64,000 nucleotides of DNA. It comes from Candidatus Gastranaerophilales bacterium (lineage in GTDB: Bacteria; Cyanobacteriota; Vampirovibrionia; Gastranaerophilales; Gastranaerophilaceae). A program made the translations under genes and the position numbers. The notes under the pieces are model-generated. The model made no database searches, had not been told where the DNA came from, and saw only the letters and a list, made by a program, of their open reading frames with translations. Of the stretch, positions 28,533 to 38,759 are shown one piece after another. The stretch covers positions 95,790 through 159,789 of the forward strand of contig CALUPY010000002.1 in assembly GCA_944322755.1 (NCBI GenBank). Direction: 5' to 3'. Positions within the stretch are counted from its first letter, which is position 1. The number at the start of each line of letters is the position of its first letter.

Positions 28533-29243
28533 ATGATTTACACTATAAAAAATACGGACAATACCGGATATAATAAAAAGAGGAATGTCTTTAAAAAGTT
28601 CCAGACTTCTTCTAACTTTCATGTGCCAGCACATGGGGGATTGAGAGATCTACGTGTAAAATCCACTACCCATAAACTCGGATTTTGGGAAAAATCAGGA
28701 GTCATTATTGGTTCTGTTGCAGGAACTATTTTGCCGATGATTTATTTTGCAAAGCGCCAAAATGCAAAGATCTATAATTTGAATTTTGGCTTAAAAGAGA
28801 TGATAACTGTCGGTGCCGGCTCTATTTTTGGCGGCGTAGCTGCAGGTATTTTGTCAGACAAGTCTAAAAATCATAAAAATAAAATAAATGAAGGGATTTT
28901 CCAGTTTTTTAACGCAACTGTCCCCCCTCTGGTTTTTGCCGGTCTTACTAAAATACAGGAAAAAACAAAATTTGCAAAAAATAAAGCAGTAAGTATCCTA
29001 AATACAATTGTCGGATTAACAGGCGGTATGTTCCTTGCGGCAAAGGTTTCAAATCTTGTTATTGATCCGTATGATAAAGTGCCTGACAGAAAATTGACAA
29101 TGAAAGATGCTGTTGTAAATATTGATGATGCTCTTGGTGTTTTTGCTTTGGCTAAATTCCCGCTTATTGATAAACTGCATCCTGAAAAAGTTTTGCCGGC
29201 TATATATGCATGGTGCGGATACAGAGCTGGTCAGAGTAACTAG
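28533..29243 (+). CDS. hypothetical multi-pass membrane protein
   Basis: 236-aa ORF with several Gly/Ala-rich hydrophobic segments. AGGA SD upstream. Confidence 0.5.
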   Translation: MIYTIKNTDNTGYNKKRNVFKKFQTSSNFHVPAHGGLRDLRVKSTTHKLGFWEKSGVIIGSVAGTILPMIYFAKRQNAKIYNLNFGLKEMITVGAGSIFGGVAAGILSDKSKNHKNKINEGIFQFFNATVPPLVFAGLTKIQEKTKFAKNKAVSILNTIVGLTGGMFLAAKVSNLVIDPYDKVPDRKLTMKDAVVNIDDALGVFALAKFPLIDKLHPEKVLPAIYAWCGYRAGQSN

Positions 29244-29619
29244 CTTTGTTTGTTAGCTTTACCCATTGATATATAACAAGGATTATTTCACCTTATAATA
29301 TAGGTTGTAGACTCCATCGATTATTAGCCGTCGGAATTTTTTGTGTTTTCGCAGGTGTACTCAAAATTCACTCACGTCTTTTGTTTTATATTTCAAGGTT
29401 TTGGGGAAATATAATAAATTTTCAGCAGGTAAAATTTTAATTGTCAGGCTTATCAAGTAGAATTAAATATATTTTTCAACAACTTTATGTGAAGTCTATT
29501 GAAGCGGAAAATTAATATAAAGTAGTAGTTTTTTGTCTGTAATATTAGCTGTTTGGAAGATTAACCAATGTTCATTATTGTTTAATATTAATTTGGCAGA
29601 CAATAAAGGATAAAAAGAT

Positions 29620-29937
29620 ATGACCCATCATAGTGTTATCGAACTTAAAGAAATGATTGACTTTAACGACGAGAAAATAAACTCAAAAGTTTTGGCTGAA
29701 AATGGAGAAAGTAAGGCTATTCTTTTCGCAATAAAAAAAGAACAGTTTATGCCTGAGCATATCTCGCCCAAAGATACATTTATTTATGTGTTGGAGGGTG
29801 AGATTGAATTCGAGATAAATCATGATGAAAATGAAAGATACAAGATTGAAAAGGGAGACATCTTTTTCTTTAATGCAGAAGAAAAACATACTGTGCTCGG
29901 CAAAAAAGACACAAAAATGCTTGTTGTTAGACTATGA
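29620..29937 (+). CDS. small cupin-domain protein
   Basis: 105 aa. MPEHISPKDTFIYVLEGEIEF...GDIFFFNAEEKH matches the two-motif cupin pattern. Confidence 0.6.
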   Translation: MTHHSVIELKEMIDFNDEKINSKVLAENGESKAILFAIKKEQFMPEHISPKDTFIYVLEGEIEFEINHDENERYKIEKGDIFFFNAEEKHTVLGKKDTKMLVVRL

Positions 29938-29941
29938 TAAC

Positions 29942-29971
29942 AAAAAGGCAGCTTAACCGGCTGCCTTTTTG
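29942..29971 (+). terminator. intrinsic terminator
   Basis: GGCAGC-TTAACCG-GCTGCC stem-loop flanked by A5 and T5. Confidence 0.75.
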
Positions 29972-30284
29972 TTATTAAATTCCTATATTCTAATTAAGTT
30001 TTAATACTTCGGCAATGCTGATTAGTTTCGAAAATTTAATAAGAAATTCTTTGTAATTTGTCGGATCCTGACAGGATTTGAAAATTGGAATCTGAAACCA
30101 GTCTTTCCTTATGTCAATGAGTACATATACGTTGTTCTATATAAAAATAGCTTTTAGTTTTCTTGTTTAAACAGTAGTGAAGGCTTGTTGTACACTGTAT
30201 GTACAGAAATATAATGGCAAAATTAATGAAATTGGTAAATATTTTGTCAATTAATCAGAGACAGAATATTGTGTATTTTTGCTC

Positions 30285-30313
30285 TTGACTCGTTTTTGCG
30301 TGTGGTTTATAAA
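30285..30313 (+). promoter_or_regulatory. promoter placed for a leaderless rqcH transcript
   Basis: TTGACT (30285..30290), 17 nt spacer, TATAAA (30308..30313), then 6 nt to ATG 30320. There is no SD in between. Confidence 0.5.
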
Positions 30314-30319
30314 AATTAA

Positions 30320-31987
30320 ATGATTAATATTGATTCCAAAATACTTGAAATATTTATTAAAGAAAATCGTGATTTTTTGCAAGGTGCGCGTGTACAAAAG
30401 ATTCAACAGCCTACACGTCGTGAAATTATTCTGCATCTCAGAAAAAATTCCGAATCAAGAAAACTATATATTAATATAAATCCACGTTTTTCTCATTTGT
30501 GTTTTATGAACAGGGAAAATGAAATTCGAAGAAATCTGACTCAGCCGCAGCATCCGCCTATGTTCTGTATGCTTTTGAGAAAACATATGGAGGGTGCAAA
30601 AATCCTTGATGTACAAAAACCTCAGAATGAAAGGATTGTAGAGCTGTTATTTGAAAATTACAATGAAGTCGGGGATGTAATAGAAGAATGTCTTGCTATT
30701 GAAATAATGGGTAAACACAGCAATATTGTATTATACAATACTGATACCAACATAATACTAGGCTGTGCTCACAATATTGGTGCAGAAAAAAGTAAAGAAA
30801 GAGAGCTTGCCGGCGGACTGCCATACATTTATCCCCCGAAACAGAACAAAAAAAATCTTCTGACTACAAGGTTTTCCACATTTGAAAAAATTATAGAAAA
30901 GGAAATTCAGGATAAGCCGTTAAAAAATATAGTTAATGAAAAATTTCTTGCAATTGCGCAGATTACTGTTGAAGAGATATGTAAAAGAGATAACATAGTA
31001 AGCGAAAACAAAGAAGATATTCAAAAACTATACATTGGACTGCATGAATATCTGGAAAATGAAAATCCGGTTTATTCATTATCCGATGATAAAAATACTT
31101 ATTCGTCGATTCTTTCTTATCCTAAAAAATATGAGAAAGTAAATGAGCTTATTGATGACTATTATGCATATCATATTGAAATACAAAATATGATATCACT
31201 TTCATCAGAGCTGAAAGTTTTTGTGCAAAAGGAAATAACCCGTCTTAAAAACAGCTTAAAAAATCAGAGCCAGCAGATAGAAAAAGCGAAAAAAGCAGAT
31301 ATTTACCGGCTTAAGGCTGATATAATTATGGCAAATCTCTATATTCTTAAGCATTTTGGAACAAAAGTCGTTTTGAAAGATTATACATCAGACAGTGATG
31401 TTGAAATTGATATGGATGAAACATTGAGTGCCGTAGAGAACGCAAACAGATATTATAAACTTTATAACAAAGCAAAGCGTGCTGCTGATATAGCAAAAAC
31501 TCTTTCTTTAGAAACAAGTAATGAACTGATATATTATCAGGAGCTTTTTTATAGTATTGAGAATGCCGGCTGCTATCAAAATTTGATTGAAATAAAACAG
31601 GAGGTTTTGCCGGATGTACAACAAACAAAAAAAGCAAAAGAAAAACAGATAAATATTTTAAAAACAGAAATAAACGGTTTTGCTGTTTATATCGGCAAAA
31701 ATAACAAACAAAATGACTATATTTATTCCAAACTTTCATCCCCTGATGATTTATGGTTTCATGTACTAAACACTCCGGGCAGCCATATTCTGATTAAAAC
31801 AGACAAAAAAACTCCGGATAGTGATACCCTTTTAAGAGTTGCGCAGCTTGCAAAACAGTATTCTTCCGCAAAAAACTCTTCAAAAACATCTGTTGTTTAT
31901 ACCATGCGAAAATATATAAAACGACCTTTGAATACAAAAAGTGGTTTTGTTGTATTTAAAAACGAACAGGAAATTGTTGTTGAATAA
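30320..31987 (+). CDS. rqcH: NFACT-family ribosome quality control protein (FbpA/RqcH)
   Basis: 555 aa. HPPMFCMLLRKHMEGAKI, IGKNNKQNDYI and NTPGSHILIK motifs (NFACT-N, coiled coil, NFACT-R/DUF814). Confidence 0.9.
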   Translation: MINIDSKILEIFIKENRDFLQGARVQKIQQPTRREIILHLRKNSESRKLYININPRFSHLCFMNRENEIRRNLTQPQHPPMFCMLLRKHMEGAKILDVQKPQNERIVELLFENYNEVGDVIEECLAIEIMGKHSNIVLYNTDTNIILGCAHNIGAEKSKERELAGGLPYIYPPKQNKKNLLTTRFSTFEKIIEKEIQDKPLKNIVNEKFLAIAQITVEEICKRDNIVSENKEDIQKLYIGLHEYLENENPVYSLSDDKNTYSSILSYPKKYEKVNELIDDYYAYHIEIQNMISLSSELKVFVQKEITRLKNSLKNQSQQIEKAKKADIYRLKADIIMANLYILKHFGTKVVLKDYTSDSDVEIDMDETLSAVENANRYYKLYNKAKRAADIAKTLSLETSNELIYYQELFYSIENAGCYQNLIEIKQEVLPDVQQTKKAKEKQINILKTEINGFAVYIGKNNKQNDYIYSKLSSPDDLWFHVLNTPGSHILIKTDKKTPDSDTLLRVAQLAKQYSSAKNSSKTSVVYTMRKYIKRPLNTKSGFVVFKNEQEIVVE

Positions 31988-32173
31988 TTGCAGAAAAATA
32001 CTGTTACATGTACTGTTATGTAAATAATTATTAAGGATAAAAACATTGCTACGACTGGAATTTATTTATAAACAACAGGCTAGGTAAATTTTTAATTGCA
32101 TTCGTGCTATGTTATTGATATAAAATTTATCGAAGGAAAAATAAGATTAGTATTAGAAAAACAAAGGAGAGTT

Positions 32174-33862
32174 ATGGGATTACCAAAAGTAGCATATTTC
32201 TCAATGGAAATAGCAATTGATCAGTCTCTGAGCACATACTCGGGCGGATTGGGCTTCCTTGCTGGTTCTCACATGCAATCAGCAGGTTATCTGCAAATGC
32301 CGATGGTCGGTGTTACGATGCTCTGGTCATACGGATATTACAATCAGCGTATTAACGAAGAAGGTAATGTTGATGTTGCATACATCAGAAAACATTATGA
32401 CTTCTTGCAGCCGGTAAAAGAAACAGTTACTGTTGATGTATTTGGCGAAAAAGTTTTGATTAAAGCCTTTAGAGTTGATCCGTCATTGTTTGGAACCTGC
32501 CCTGTTTATCTTATGACAACTGATGTCGAAGAAAACTCTGAATGGGCTCGTTCTATCTCTCACAAATTATATGACGGAGATGAAAAAATCAGAATAGCGC
32601 AGGAAACTGTTCTCGGTGTAGGTGGTATCAGACTTTTGCAAGCTATTAAATACGATTTTGAGTGCGTTCACATGAATGAAGGTCACGCACTTCCCGCTGC
32701 ATTTGAACTCCTTAGACAATACAACGGAAACCTCGATAAGGTTAAAGAAAAAGTAGTCTTCACTACTCACACTCCTGTTGCTGCAGGCAACGAAGTACAC
32801 TGGGTTGATACACTTTTAGAAGGCGGATTTTTCGCAGGCTGCTCAAGAGAAAGAGCAATCGAACTCGGCGGTGAACACTTCTCTCTTACTGTTGCAGCAT
32901 TGAGAATGAGCCGTATTGCAAACGCAGTATCACAGCTTCACGGTCTTGTTGCTAACAAAATGTGGGATTGGGTTCAAGGCAGATGCCCCATTCGTGCTAT
33001 CACAAACGCAGTAAACCTCCACTACTGGCAGGATGAAAGAATTGCCAAAGCACACGAGCTTCAGGACTTCCTCGATGCAAAACTCGAAATGAAAAAAGAA
33101 GTATTCAGCTTTATCGCAAATACGACCGGTAAAAGATTTGATCCGCACGTTTTGACCATTACATGGGCAAGAAGATTTGCTGATTACAAACGTGCTTGGC
33201 TCATATTTATGGATATGGACAGAATCTTAAAACTCTTAAATGCTGATAAGATTCAATTGATTTTTGCCGGCAAATTCCATCCAGATGATGCAATGGGCAG
33301 AGAAATGTTCAACAACATTCTCCATAAATCATATAATATCAAAAATGTTGCAGTTCTTGCAGGTTACGAACTTGAACTCAGTGCAAAACTGAAAAAAGCT
33401 ACTGATGTTTGGTTGAATACACCTATCAGACCGCTTGAAGCTTCAGGTACTTCAGGCATGTCCGCTAACATGAACGGTGCACTCCACCTTTCTATCTTTG
33501 ACGGCTGGACAGTTGAGGGTACATTCCCGGGCATTAACGGCTACACAATTGAATACCCTGGTCTTGATGATGATATTCCGTGGGAAGAAAGACACTGGAA
33601 AGACCATGACTGCATGATGGATATCATTGAAAATCAAATCATTCCGACCTACTACGAAAACAAACTCGAATGGGCAAGAATGATGAGACAGGCAGTCAGA
33701 ACTGCAGAGGCTTACTTCAACTCTGACAGAATGGTCATTGAATACTACAACCGTATCTACAAACCGATTGCGCACGGCAAAAAAGAAGGCGGTTTGGATG
33801 AAGGCGGTTCCAGAATGTCTCAGCCAAACATGGAAGCCTGGACGTATTCAAATATCAAATAA
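32174..33862 (+). CDS. divergent alpha-glucan phosphorylase-family (GT35) homolog
   Basis: AAAGGAG SD before ATG 32174. YSGGLGFLAG, FTTHTPV, EASGTSGM(S)ANMNG and LSIFDGW blocks align by eye with the short alpha-glucan phosphorylase family. Confidence 0.8.
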   Translation: MGLPKVAYFSMEIAIDQSLSTYSGGLGFLAGSHMQSAGYLQMPMVGVTMLWSYGYYNQRINEEGNVDVAYIRKHYDFLQPVKETVTVDVFGEKVLIKAFRVDPSLFGTCPVYLMTTDVEENSEWARSISHKLYDGDEKIRIAQETVLGVGGIRLLQAIKYDFECVHMNEGHALPAAFELLRQYNGNLDKVKEKVVFTTHTPVAAGNEVHWVDTLLEGGFFAGCSRERAIELGGEHFSLTVAALRMSRIANAVSQLHGLVANKMWDWVQGRCPIRAITNAVNLHYWQDERIAKAHELQDFLDAKLEMKKEVFSFIANTTGKRFDPHVLTITWARRFADYKRAWLIFMDMDRILKLLNADKIQLIFAGKFHPDDAMGREMFNNILHKSYNIKNVAVLAGYELELSAKLKKATDVWLNTPIRPLEASGTSGMSANMNGALHLSIFDGWTVEGTFPGINGYTIEYPGLDDDIPWEERHWKDHDCMMDIIENQIIPTYYENKLEWARMMRQAVRTAEAYFNSDRMVIEYYNRIYKPIAHGKKEGGLDEGGSRMSQPNMEAWTYSNIK

Positions 33863-33890
33863 AAAATAATAAAAAGTAGATTCGTTTAGA

Positions 33891-33925
33891 AAAAGTCCGA
33901 TTCAATTTTGAATCGGACTTTTTTC
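33891..33925. terminator. bidirectional intrinsic terminator between convergent genes
   Basis: AAAAGTCCGATTC / GAATCGGACTTTT 13-bp stem flanked by A/T runs. Confidence 0.75.
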
Positions 33926-33960
33926 ATAAAAAATTCTATATCAACAAAAGATATTTTATT

Positions 33961-34653
33961 TTAATCTGTAAACCTAAATTTTATGAGTGCAATGACTGCA
34001 TGGATTCCGTCTTTCCAGGTAATTTTCTTCCCTTCTGCATATTCTCTTCCGTAGTATGAAATAGGCAATTCATAAAGTCTGGGATGACGTTTTAGAACCT
34101 TCGCTGTAATTTCAGGCTCAAAATCAAATCTGTTTGATTTTATTTCTATTCCCTTAATAAAATCAGTTCTGAATGCTTTATAGCATGTTTCCATATCAGT
34201 CAGAGTCGTGTTATAGAGCAGATTTGTAATGAATGTTAAAAGTTTGTTTCCTAAAAGATGAGTGAACATAAATGATCTTGACGGTTTTCCGCCGGATAGT
34301 CTTGAACCGTAGACAACATCTGCTTTGCCCTCAATAATAAGTTTTATCAAATCATCATAATCCGCAGGATCATACTCCAAATCCGCATCCTGTATTACCA
34401 TTATATCGCCTGTTACATGAGACAGACCGGTTCTTATTGCGGCTCCTTTTCCCTGATTGTAGTCATGGTAGAATACCTTGTACATTCCTTCGTAGTCTTT
34501 TATGAGTTCCCGTGTTCCGTCTGTTGAGTAGTCATCTACGATTATTATTTCTTTTTCCAGTCCGCAGAAAGGAACCTCTTGAAGTCTGTCAATGACCCTC
34601 TCTAATGTATTAATTTCATTGTAAACAGGAACAATTATACTGATTTTTTTCAT
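33961..34653 (-). CDS. family 2 glycosyltransferase (polyprenol-phosphate sugar transferase-like)
   Basis: 230 aa. ISIIVPVYNE, IIVDDYSTDGT and VIQDADLEYDP motifs. Confidence 0.85.
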   Translation of the reverse strand: MKKISIIVPVYNEINTLERVIDRLQEVPFCGLEKEIIIVDDYSTDGTRELIKDYEGMYKVFYHDYNQGKGAAIRTGLSHVTGDIMVIQDADLEYDPADYDDLIKLIIEGKADVVYGSRLSGGKPSRSFMFTHLLGNKLLTFITNLLYNTTLTDMETCYKAFRTDFIKGIEIKSNRFDFEPEITAKVLKRHPRLYELPISYYGREYAEGKKITWKDGIHAVIALIKFRFTD

Positions 34654-34726
34654 ATTTCTCCTTCTTGGATGTATTATTTCTTAAAAATATTGTATAATTA
34701 AATTGAAAATATGTTAAGGGTTTACG

Positions 34727-36448
34727 ATGGAAGAAATGTCAAAAATTGTGAATGGTTGTGAAAATGCAGAGAATGAACTGAAAAATCTGTTTTCTAAAAT
34801 TGAAACAGAATCACCGGCTTCTCTTTTGGCAAAAACACAAAATCTGCACAAAAATCTTATTGTATACAAAGCATATAATCTGATATCAATTGTTCTGTCT
34901 TTGACTGCAATACTGAAATACAAGCTCTCTTCAGATAATTTTAAAATAGCTTCCAGAATACTTAATGATGCAAAGTTTCTGGCATTGAACGGAAAGGACA
35001 AACAGGCTCTGGCGGTTAATGAATACTGTGAAGGGGTTATTCAATACTATGAAGGAGCCCTTGGCGATGCTTTCAATACTTTCTCAAAAATCAATATAGA
35101 TGATTTACCATACGAGAATTTGAGAACGAACAAAAATCTTATACTGAAAAATCTTACAGGAGACTCTTCTTCATCTACAGTGCAGGAAGAGCCGTATACA
35201 GCATTATTGAATGTGGCGCGTACTCTCGCTGCAGAAACAAATACAGATACATTGCTAAAAACTGTTGCTGAAGAGATTAAAAAAGTTCTCAATGCTGACC
35301 GATGCACGGTTTTCCTTTTAGACAGAGACAAAAATGAACTCTGGTCAAAGGTTGCTCTCGGAATGGAAAGCAAAGAAATAAGACTGTCTGCTGATACCGG
35401 TATTGCCGGATATTCTGCTAAAAACGGCGAAATTATAAATATAAAAGATGCATACAGCGACCCGAGATTCAACAAAGAAATAGATAAACAGACAGGCTAT
35501 GTTACGAAAAATATGATAACAATGCCGATATGGAACCTAAAACATGAAATTCTCGGAGTTTTTCAGGTTTTAAATAAATTGGACGGAGAGTTCTCAAAAC
35601 AGGATGAAGAAACTCTTCTTACCATAGGAGCCAGTGTCGGCATAGCGATAGAAAATGCAAAACTTTTTGACTCTCAGCAAAAAATGATTGAATCCCAGCG
35701 CCGGCTTTTTGCAAGTTTTATAGACACACTTGCTGCCTCAATAGATGCAAGGGATAAAATTACTGCAGGTCATTCAAACCGCGTAAAAATGTATTCGGAA
35801 CTTATTGCCGATGTCCTTGAGCTTCCGCAACAGGAAAAAGAAAATGTTTCTCATGCCGCAATTCTCCATGATATCGGGAAAATAGGCATAAGAGACGCTG
35901 TTCTTCAAAAGGACGGCAAGCTTACAGATGAAGAGTATGCGCATATTCAGCAGCATGTCAAAATAACATATGACATACTCACTAAAATATACCTTAATGA
36001 AGAATTTAAGGATGTTGCAGAAATTGCATCAAGTCACCATGAGAAATATAACGGTACAGGATATTTCAGAAAACTTAAAGAAGGAGAAATCCCCTTTGGC
36101 GGAAGAATTCTTGCAGTAGGAGATGTATTTGATGCAATCACTTCGAAACGTCATTACAGAGATAAAATGCCTGTTAAACAGGCTCTTGATATTATAAAAA
36201 ACGGGGCAGGGGCTCATTTTGATCCTGTTGTTGTTGATGCCTTTTTCAAAATCAGAACCGACAAACTTGTTCAGGTATTTTTGAGTGAGGTCGATGCCAG
36301 GCTTGATGAAGAAGCAGCTAAAATATTAGAAAACTATACAGTTGATTATTTGTATGATTTGTTATCAAATAAAGAAAACTTATCAGATGACGAAAAAATT
36401 TTTGTTGAGGTTTTTAATAAATATTACAACTGCAAAGCGGGAAATTAA
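34727..36448 (+). CDS. GAF domain / HD-GYP-type phosphohydrolase (probable c-di-GMP phosphodiesterase)
   Basis: 573 aa with a GAF-like middle region. HSNRV...LHDIGKIGI...HHEKYNGTGYF...GDVFDAITSKRHYR is an HD-GYP family variant with GYF. Confidence 0.8.
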   Translation: MEEMSKIVNGCENAENELKNLFSKIETESPASLLAKTQNLHKNLIVYKAYNLISIVLSLTAILKYKLSSDNFKIASRILNDAKFLALNGKDKQALAVNEYCEGVIQYYEGALGDAFNTFSKINIDDLPYENLRTNKNLILKNLTGDSSSSTVQEEPYTALLNVARTLAAETNTDTLLKTVAEEIKKVLNADRCTVFLLDRDKNELWSKVALGMESKEIRLSADTGIAGYSAKNGEIINIKDAYSDPRFNKEIDKQTGYVTKNMITMPIWNLKHEILGVFQVLNKLDGEFSKQDEETLLTIGASVGIAIENAKLFDSQQKMIESQRRLFASFIDTLAASIDARDKITAGHSNRVKMYSELIADVLELPQQEKENVSHAAILHDIGKIGIRDAVLQKDGKLTDEEYAHIQQHVKITYDILTKIYLNEEFKDVAEIASSHHEKYNGTGYFRKLKEGEIPFGGRILAVGDVFDAITSKRHYRDKMPVKQALDIIKNGAGAHFDPVVVDAFFKIRTDKLVQVFLSEVDARLDEEAAKILENYTVDYLYDLLSNKENLSDDEKIFVEVFNKYYNCKAGN

Positions 36449-36451
36449 ATT

Positions 36452-37999
36452 ATGAAAAAAGCATTATTACTGGCAGCTATTTCTATTCTTACTATATCCG
36501 CGGTAACAGCGGAGGAAAAGCCGCTGCAATACAATGCGCCTGCAATTAATCGTGATACGTTAAAGCAGATAAAAAATCAAAATCTGGCAAACGATTTTTT
36601 AAAGATTATAACTTATTCCTCTGAGACCAAACACGCCGCAACAAGTATTGATGCTGTGAAAAAGTATGATGAGGCAAAAGAAAAATTTGCACAGGGAAAT
36701 ATAACAGCTGCTTACAGGGATTTTAAAGATGTGGTTCAGCAGTCAAAACACAATGATTTTGTGAATATTACTCTTGCATACAAATTTGCCAACCTTGGCT
36801 TTTTCTCCCTCTCTCAGGAAGCAATTTTGAACATAGAAGATACTGAGCTTTATAAAAACCAGATAGAACTTATAAAATTGCACTTATATCCGAAGGTTGC
36901 GCTTTCGTACGATGAAGAAATATATCTTGCGCAGAATTTTACGGAGATTTATTTCAATAATCTTGCATTTGAAATTGTTCGTGAGATGTCTAAAAAATCT
37001 GATTTGCTCAAAAAATCAGACTATGCAAATTACATTCTTGCGCAGGGATATATAAATCTGAAGGAATACGGCAAAGCACAAAATGCTATAAATAAAGCTA
37101 TTTCAATGAATCAGGAAAATGCAAATTATCAGAAAATTAAGGCTCAGATTTTCTGTGAAAATAACAAATTTTCTGATGCTCTAAAAGTAACGACCCAGCT
37201 GCTTTCAAAAAATATAGATATAATGAATTACAGAAAAGAAGCTCTCGCGCTAAAATATTTTACGCTTGCAAAATCCACAAAAGACAGAAATGAAACAAAA
37301 TATTACCTCGCAAACTATTTCCTGAACACAGGAGATACTGCTCGTGCTGTCAAGGAATTGACCCAGAATGTATCGCAGAATAAAAAGGATTACGCATCTC
37401 TGGCTCTTCTGGGTGAGATTTATTTTAAGCAAAAAGAATTTGCAAAAGCTGCGGAATGTTATGAAAAAGCATATAAGATTAAAAAATCCTATGTTCCGAC
37501 TCTGAAAGGCATGGGAGATTTGAGTTTTTATAAAAAAGAATATAAACAGGCTCTCGATTTTTATATAAAAGCGGTTAAAAAAGATAAAAAGAATCCCGTG
37601 TTGAATGCTCTAGCCGCAAGATGCTTCAGTATTCTGGAGCAGCCTGAGAAGGCGGAAAGTTATGAAAAGAAAGCGCTTGCATATGGTAAAAACAATGCCG
37701 AGGTTTACTACATAATGTCTCAGCTTTCTAATAAAGAAAAAGAAAAATATTTGAAAAAAGCACTTTCAGCAAACCCGACTTTTTCTGATGCCTGGATTGA
37801 TATGGCCGGTCTTGCTCTTGTTGAGTGCGATTTGAATCTGGCAAAGAAGTACCTGTTTCCCGTAAAAACACTTGATCCCAAAAATTACAGATACAACTAT
37901 TATTCTGACCTGATAAAGAAAAAAGATATTTCATCAGGTTTGCAGCAGGCGGGTGAACAGGAAAATATGAATATAAAGGAAGTAAATGACAAAATATAA
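36452..37999 (+). CDS. secreted TPR-repeat protein
   Basis: Signal peptide MKKALLLAAISILTISAVTA and multiple TPR-like repeats. It starts 3 nt after the HD-GYP gene. Confidence 0.75.
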   Translation: MKKALLLAAISILTISAVTAEEKPLQYNAPAINRDTLKQIKNQNLANDFLKIITYSSETKHAATSIDAVKKYDEAKEKFAQGNITAAYRDFKDVVQQSKHNDFVNITLAYKFANLGFFSLSQEAILNIEDTELYKNQIELIKLHLYPKVALSYDEEIYLAQNFTEIYFNNLAFEIVREMSKKSDLLKKSDYANYILAQGYINLKEYGKAQNAINKAISMNQENANYQKIKAQIFCENNKFSDALKVTTQLLSKNIDIMNYRKEALALKYFTLAKSTKDRNETKYYLANYFLNTGDTARAVKELTQNVSQNKKDYASLALLGEIYFKQKEFAKAAECYEKAYKIKKSYVPTLKGMGDLSFYKKEYKQALDFYIKAVKKDKKNPVLNALAARCFSILEQPEKAESYEKKALAYGKNNAEVYYIMSQLSNKEKEKYLKKALSANPTFSDAWIDMAGLALVECDLNLAKKYLFPVKTLDPKNYRYNYYSDLIKKKDISSGLQQAGEQENMNIKEVNDKI

Positions 38000-38633
38000 T
38001 CTTTTGATAGTCGAAGATCATGCACTAACACGTTTTGCGCTGAAAACAGCATTTGAGTCTGCTGAATTTATTAATCATGTTTTTGAAGCAGATAATGCAA
38101 ATTCTGCGTATAAAATAGAGGCAGAAAATAAAATAGATGTTGTGCTTATGGACTTAGGGCTCCCAAATATTGACGGCATTGAGGCATGCTCTGCACTAAA
38201 AAACAAAAATCCGTCTCTTAAAATTCTAATTCTGACCTCTCATGAGCAGGAAGAAGAGGTTATAAATTCTATTAAAGCAGGTGCAAGTGCATATTGTTCA
38301 AAAGATATTGAACCGGAAAAGCTGAAAGATATAGTTTTGTCAGTTTTAGGCGGGGCTGCATGGTTTGATGCAAAAGTTGCTGATATAGTATTAAAAACAG
38401 TTGCAAAGTCTGAAAAAGAACAAAAAATAAACAATGAGAATTTAAACCTCACTGAACGAGAAAAACAGGTTCTGGCCTTAATTGCCGAGGGGTTAAATAA
38501 TACTGAGATTGCACAAAAACTGGATGTTAGTATTAACACAACAAAAGCTCATGTCTGTAATATTTTACAAAAGTTATCAGTGCAAGACCGTACGCAGGCG
38601 GCGATTAAGGCGATTAAAGACAAAATTATATAA
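37986..38633 (+). CDS. NarL/FixJ-type response regulator (no cognate kinase adjacent)
   Basis: LLIVEDH, DVVLMDLGLPNIDG and the C-terminal LTEREKQVLALIAEGLNNTEIAQKLDVSINTTKAHV LuxR HTH. It overlaps the TPR gene by 14 nt. Confidence 0.85.
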   Translation: MTKYNLLIVEDHALTRFALKTAFESAEFINHVFEADNANSAYKIEAENKIDVVLMDLGLPNIDGIEACSALKNKNPSLKILILTSHEQEEEVINSIKAGASAYCSKDIEPEKLKDIVLSVLGGAAWFDAKVADIVLKTVAKSEKEQKINNENLNLTEREKQVLALIAEGLNNTEIAQKLDVSINTTKAHVCNILQKLSVQDRTQAAIKAIKDKII

Positions 38634-38759
38634 ATATTTTAAAAAAAGTATTTGACGCAGAATTTTGTTCTTGCTATTTTAATTATACAGCCGTAACGAA
38701 TTAAGATATTGGAATTGATTTTTCGGTGTAACAATTGAAAATTGAATAGTTACAAAAAT

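Noticed and set aside
30189-30205. TGTACA-CTGTA-TGTACA palindrome upstream of rqcH as an SOS/LexA box
   Set aside because: Its spacing fits neither the CTGT-N8-ACAG nor the GAAC-N4-GTTC consensus. There is no lexA nearby, and it is probably a chance palindrome overlapping a weak promoter-like TTGTAC-16-TATAAT.
31995-32030. Direct repeat TACTGTTACATG / TACTGTTATG after rqcH
   Set aside because: It is short, imperfect and in an AT-rich spacer. It has no T run to make a terminator and matches no known operator.
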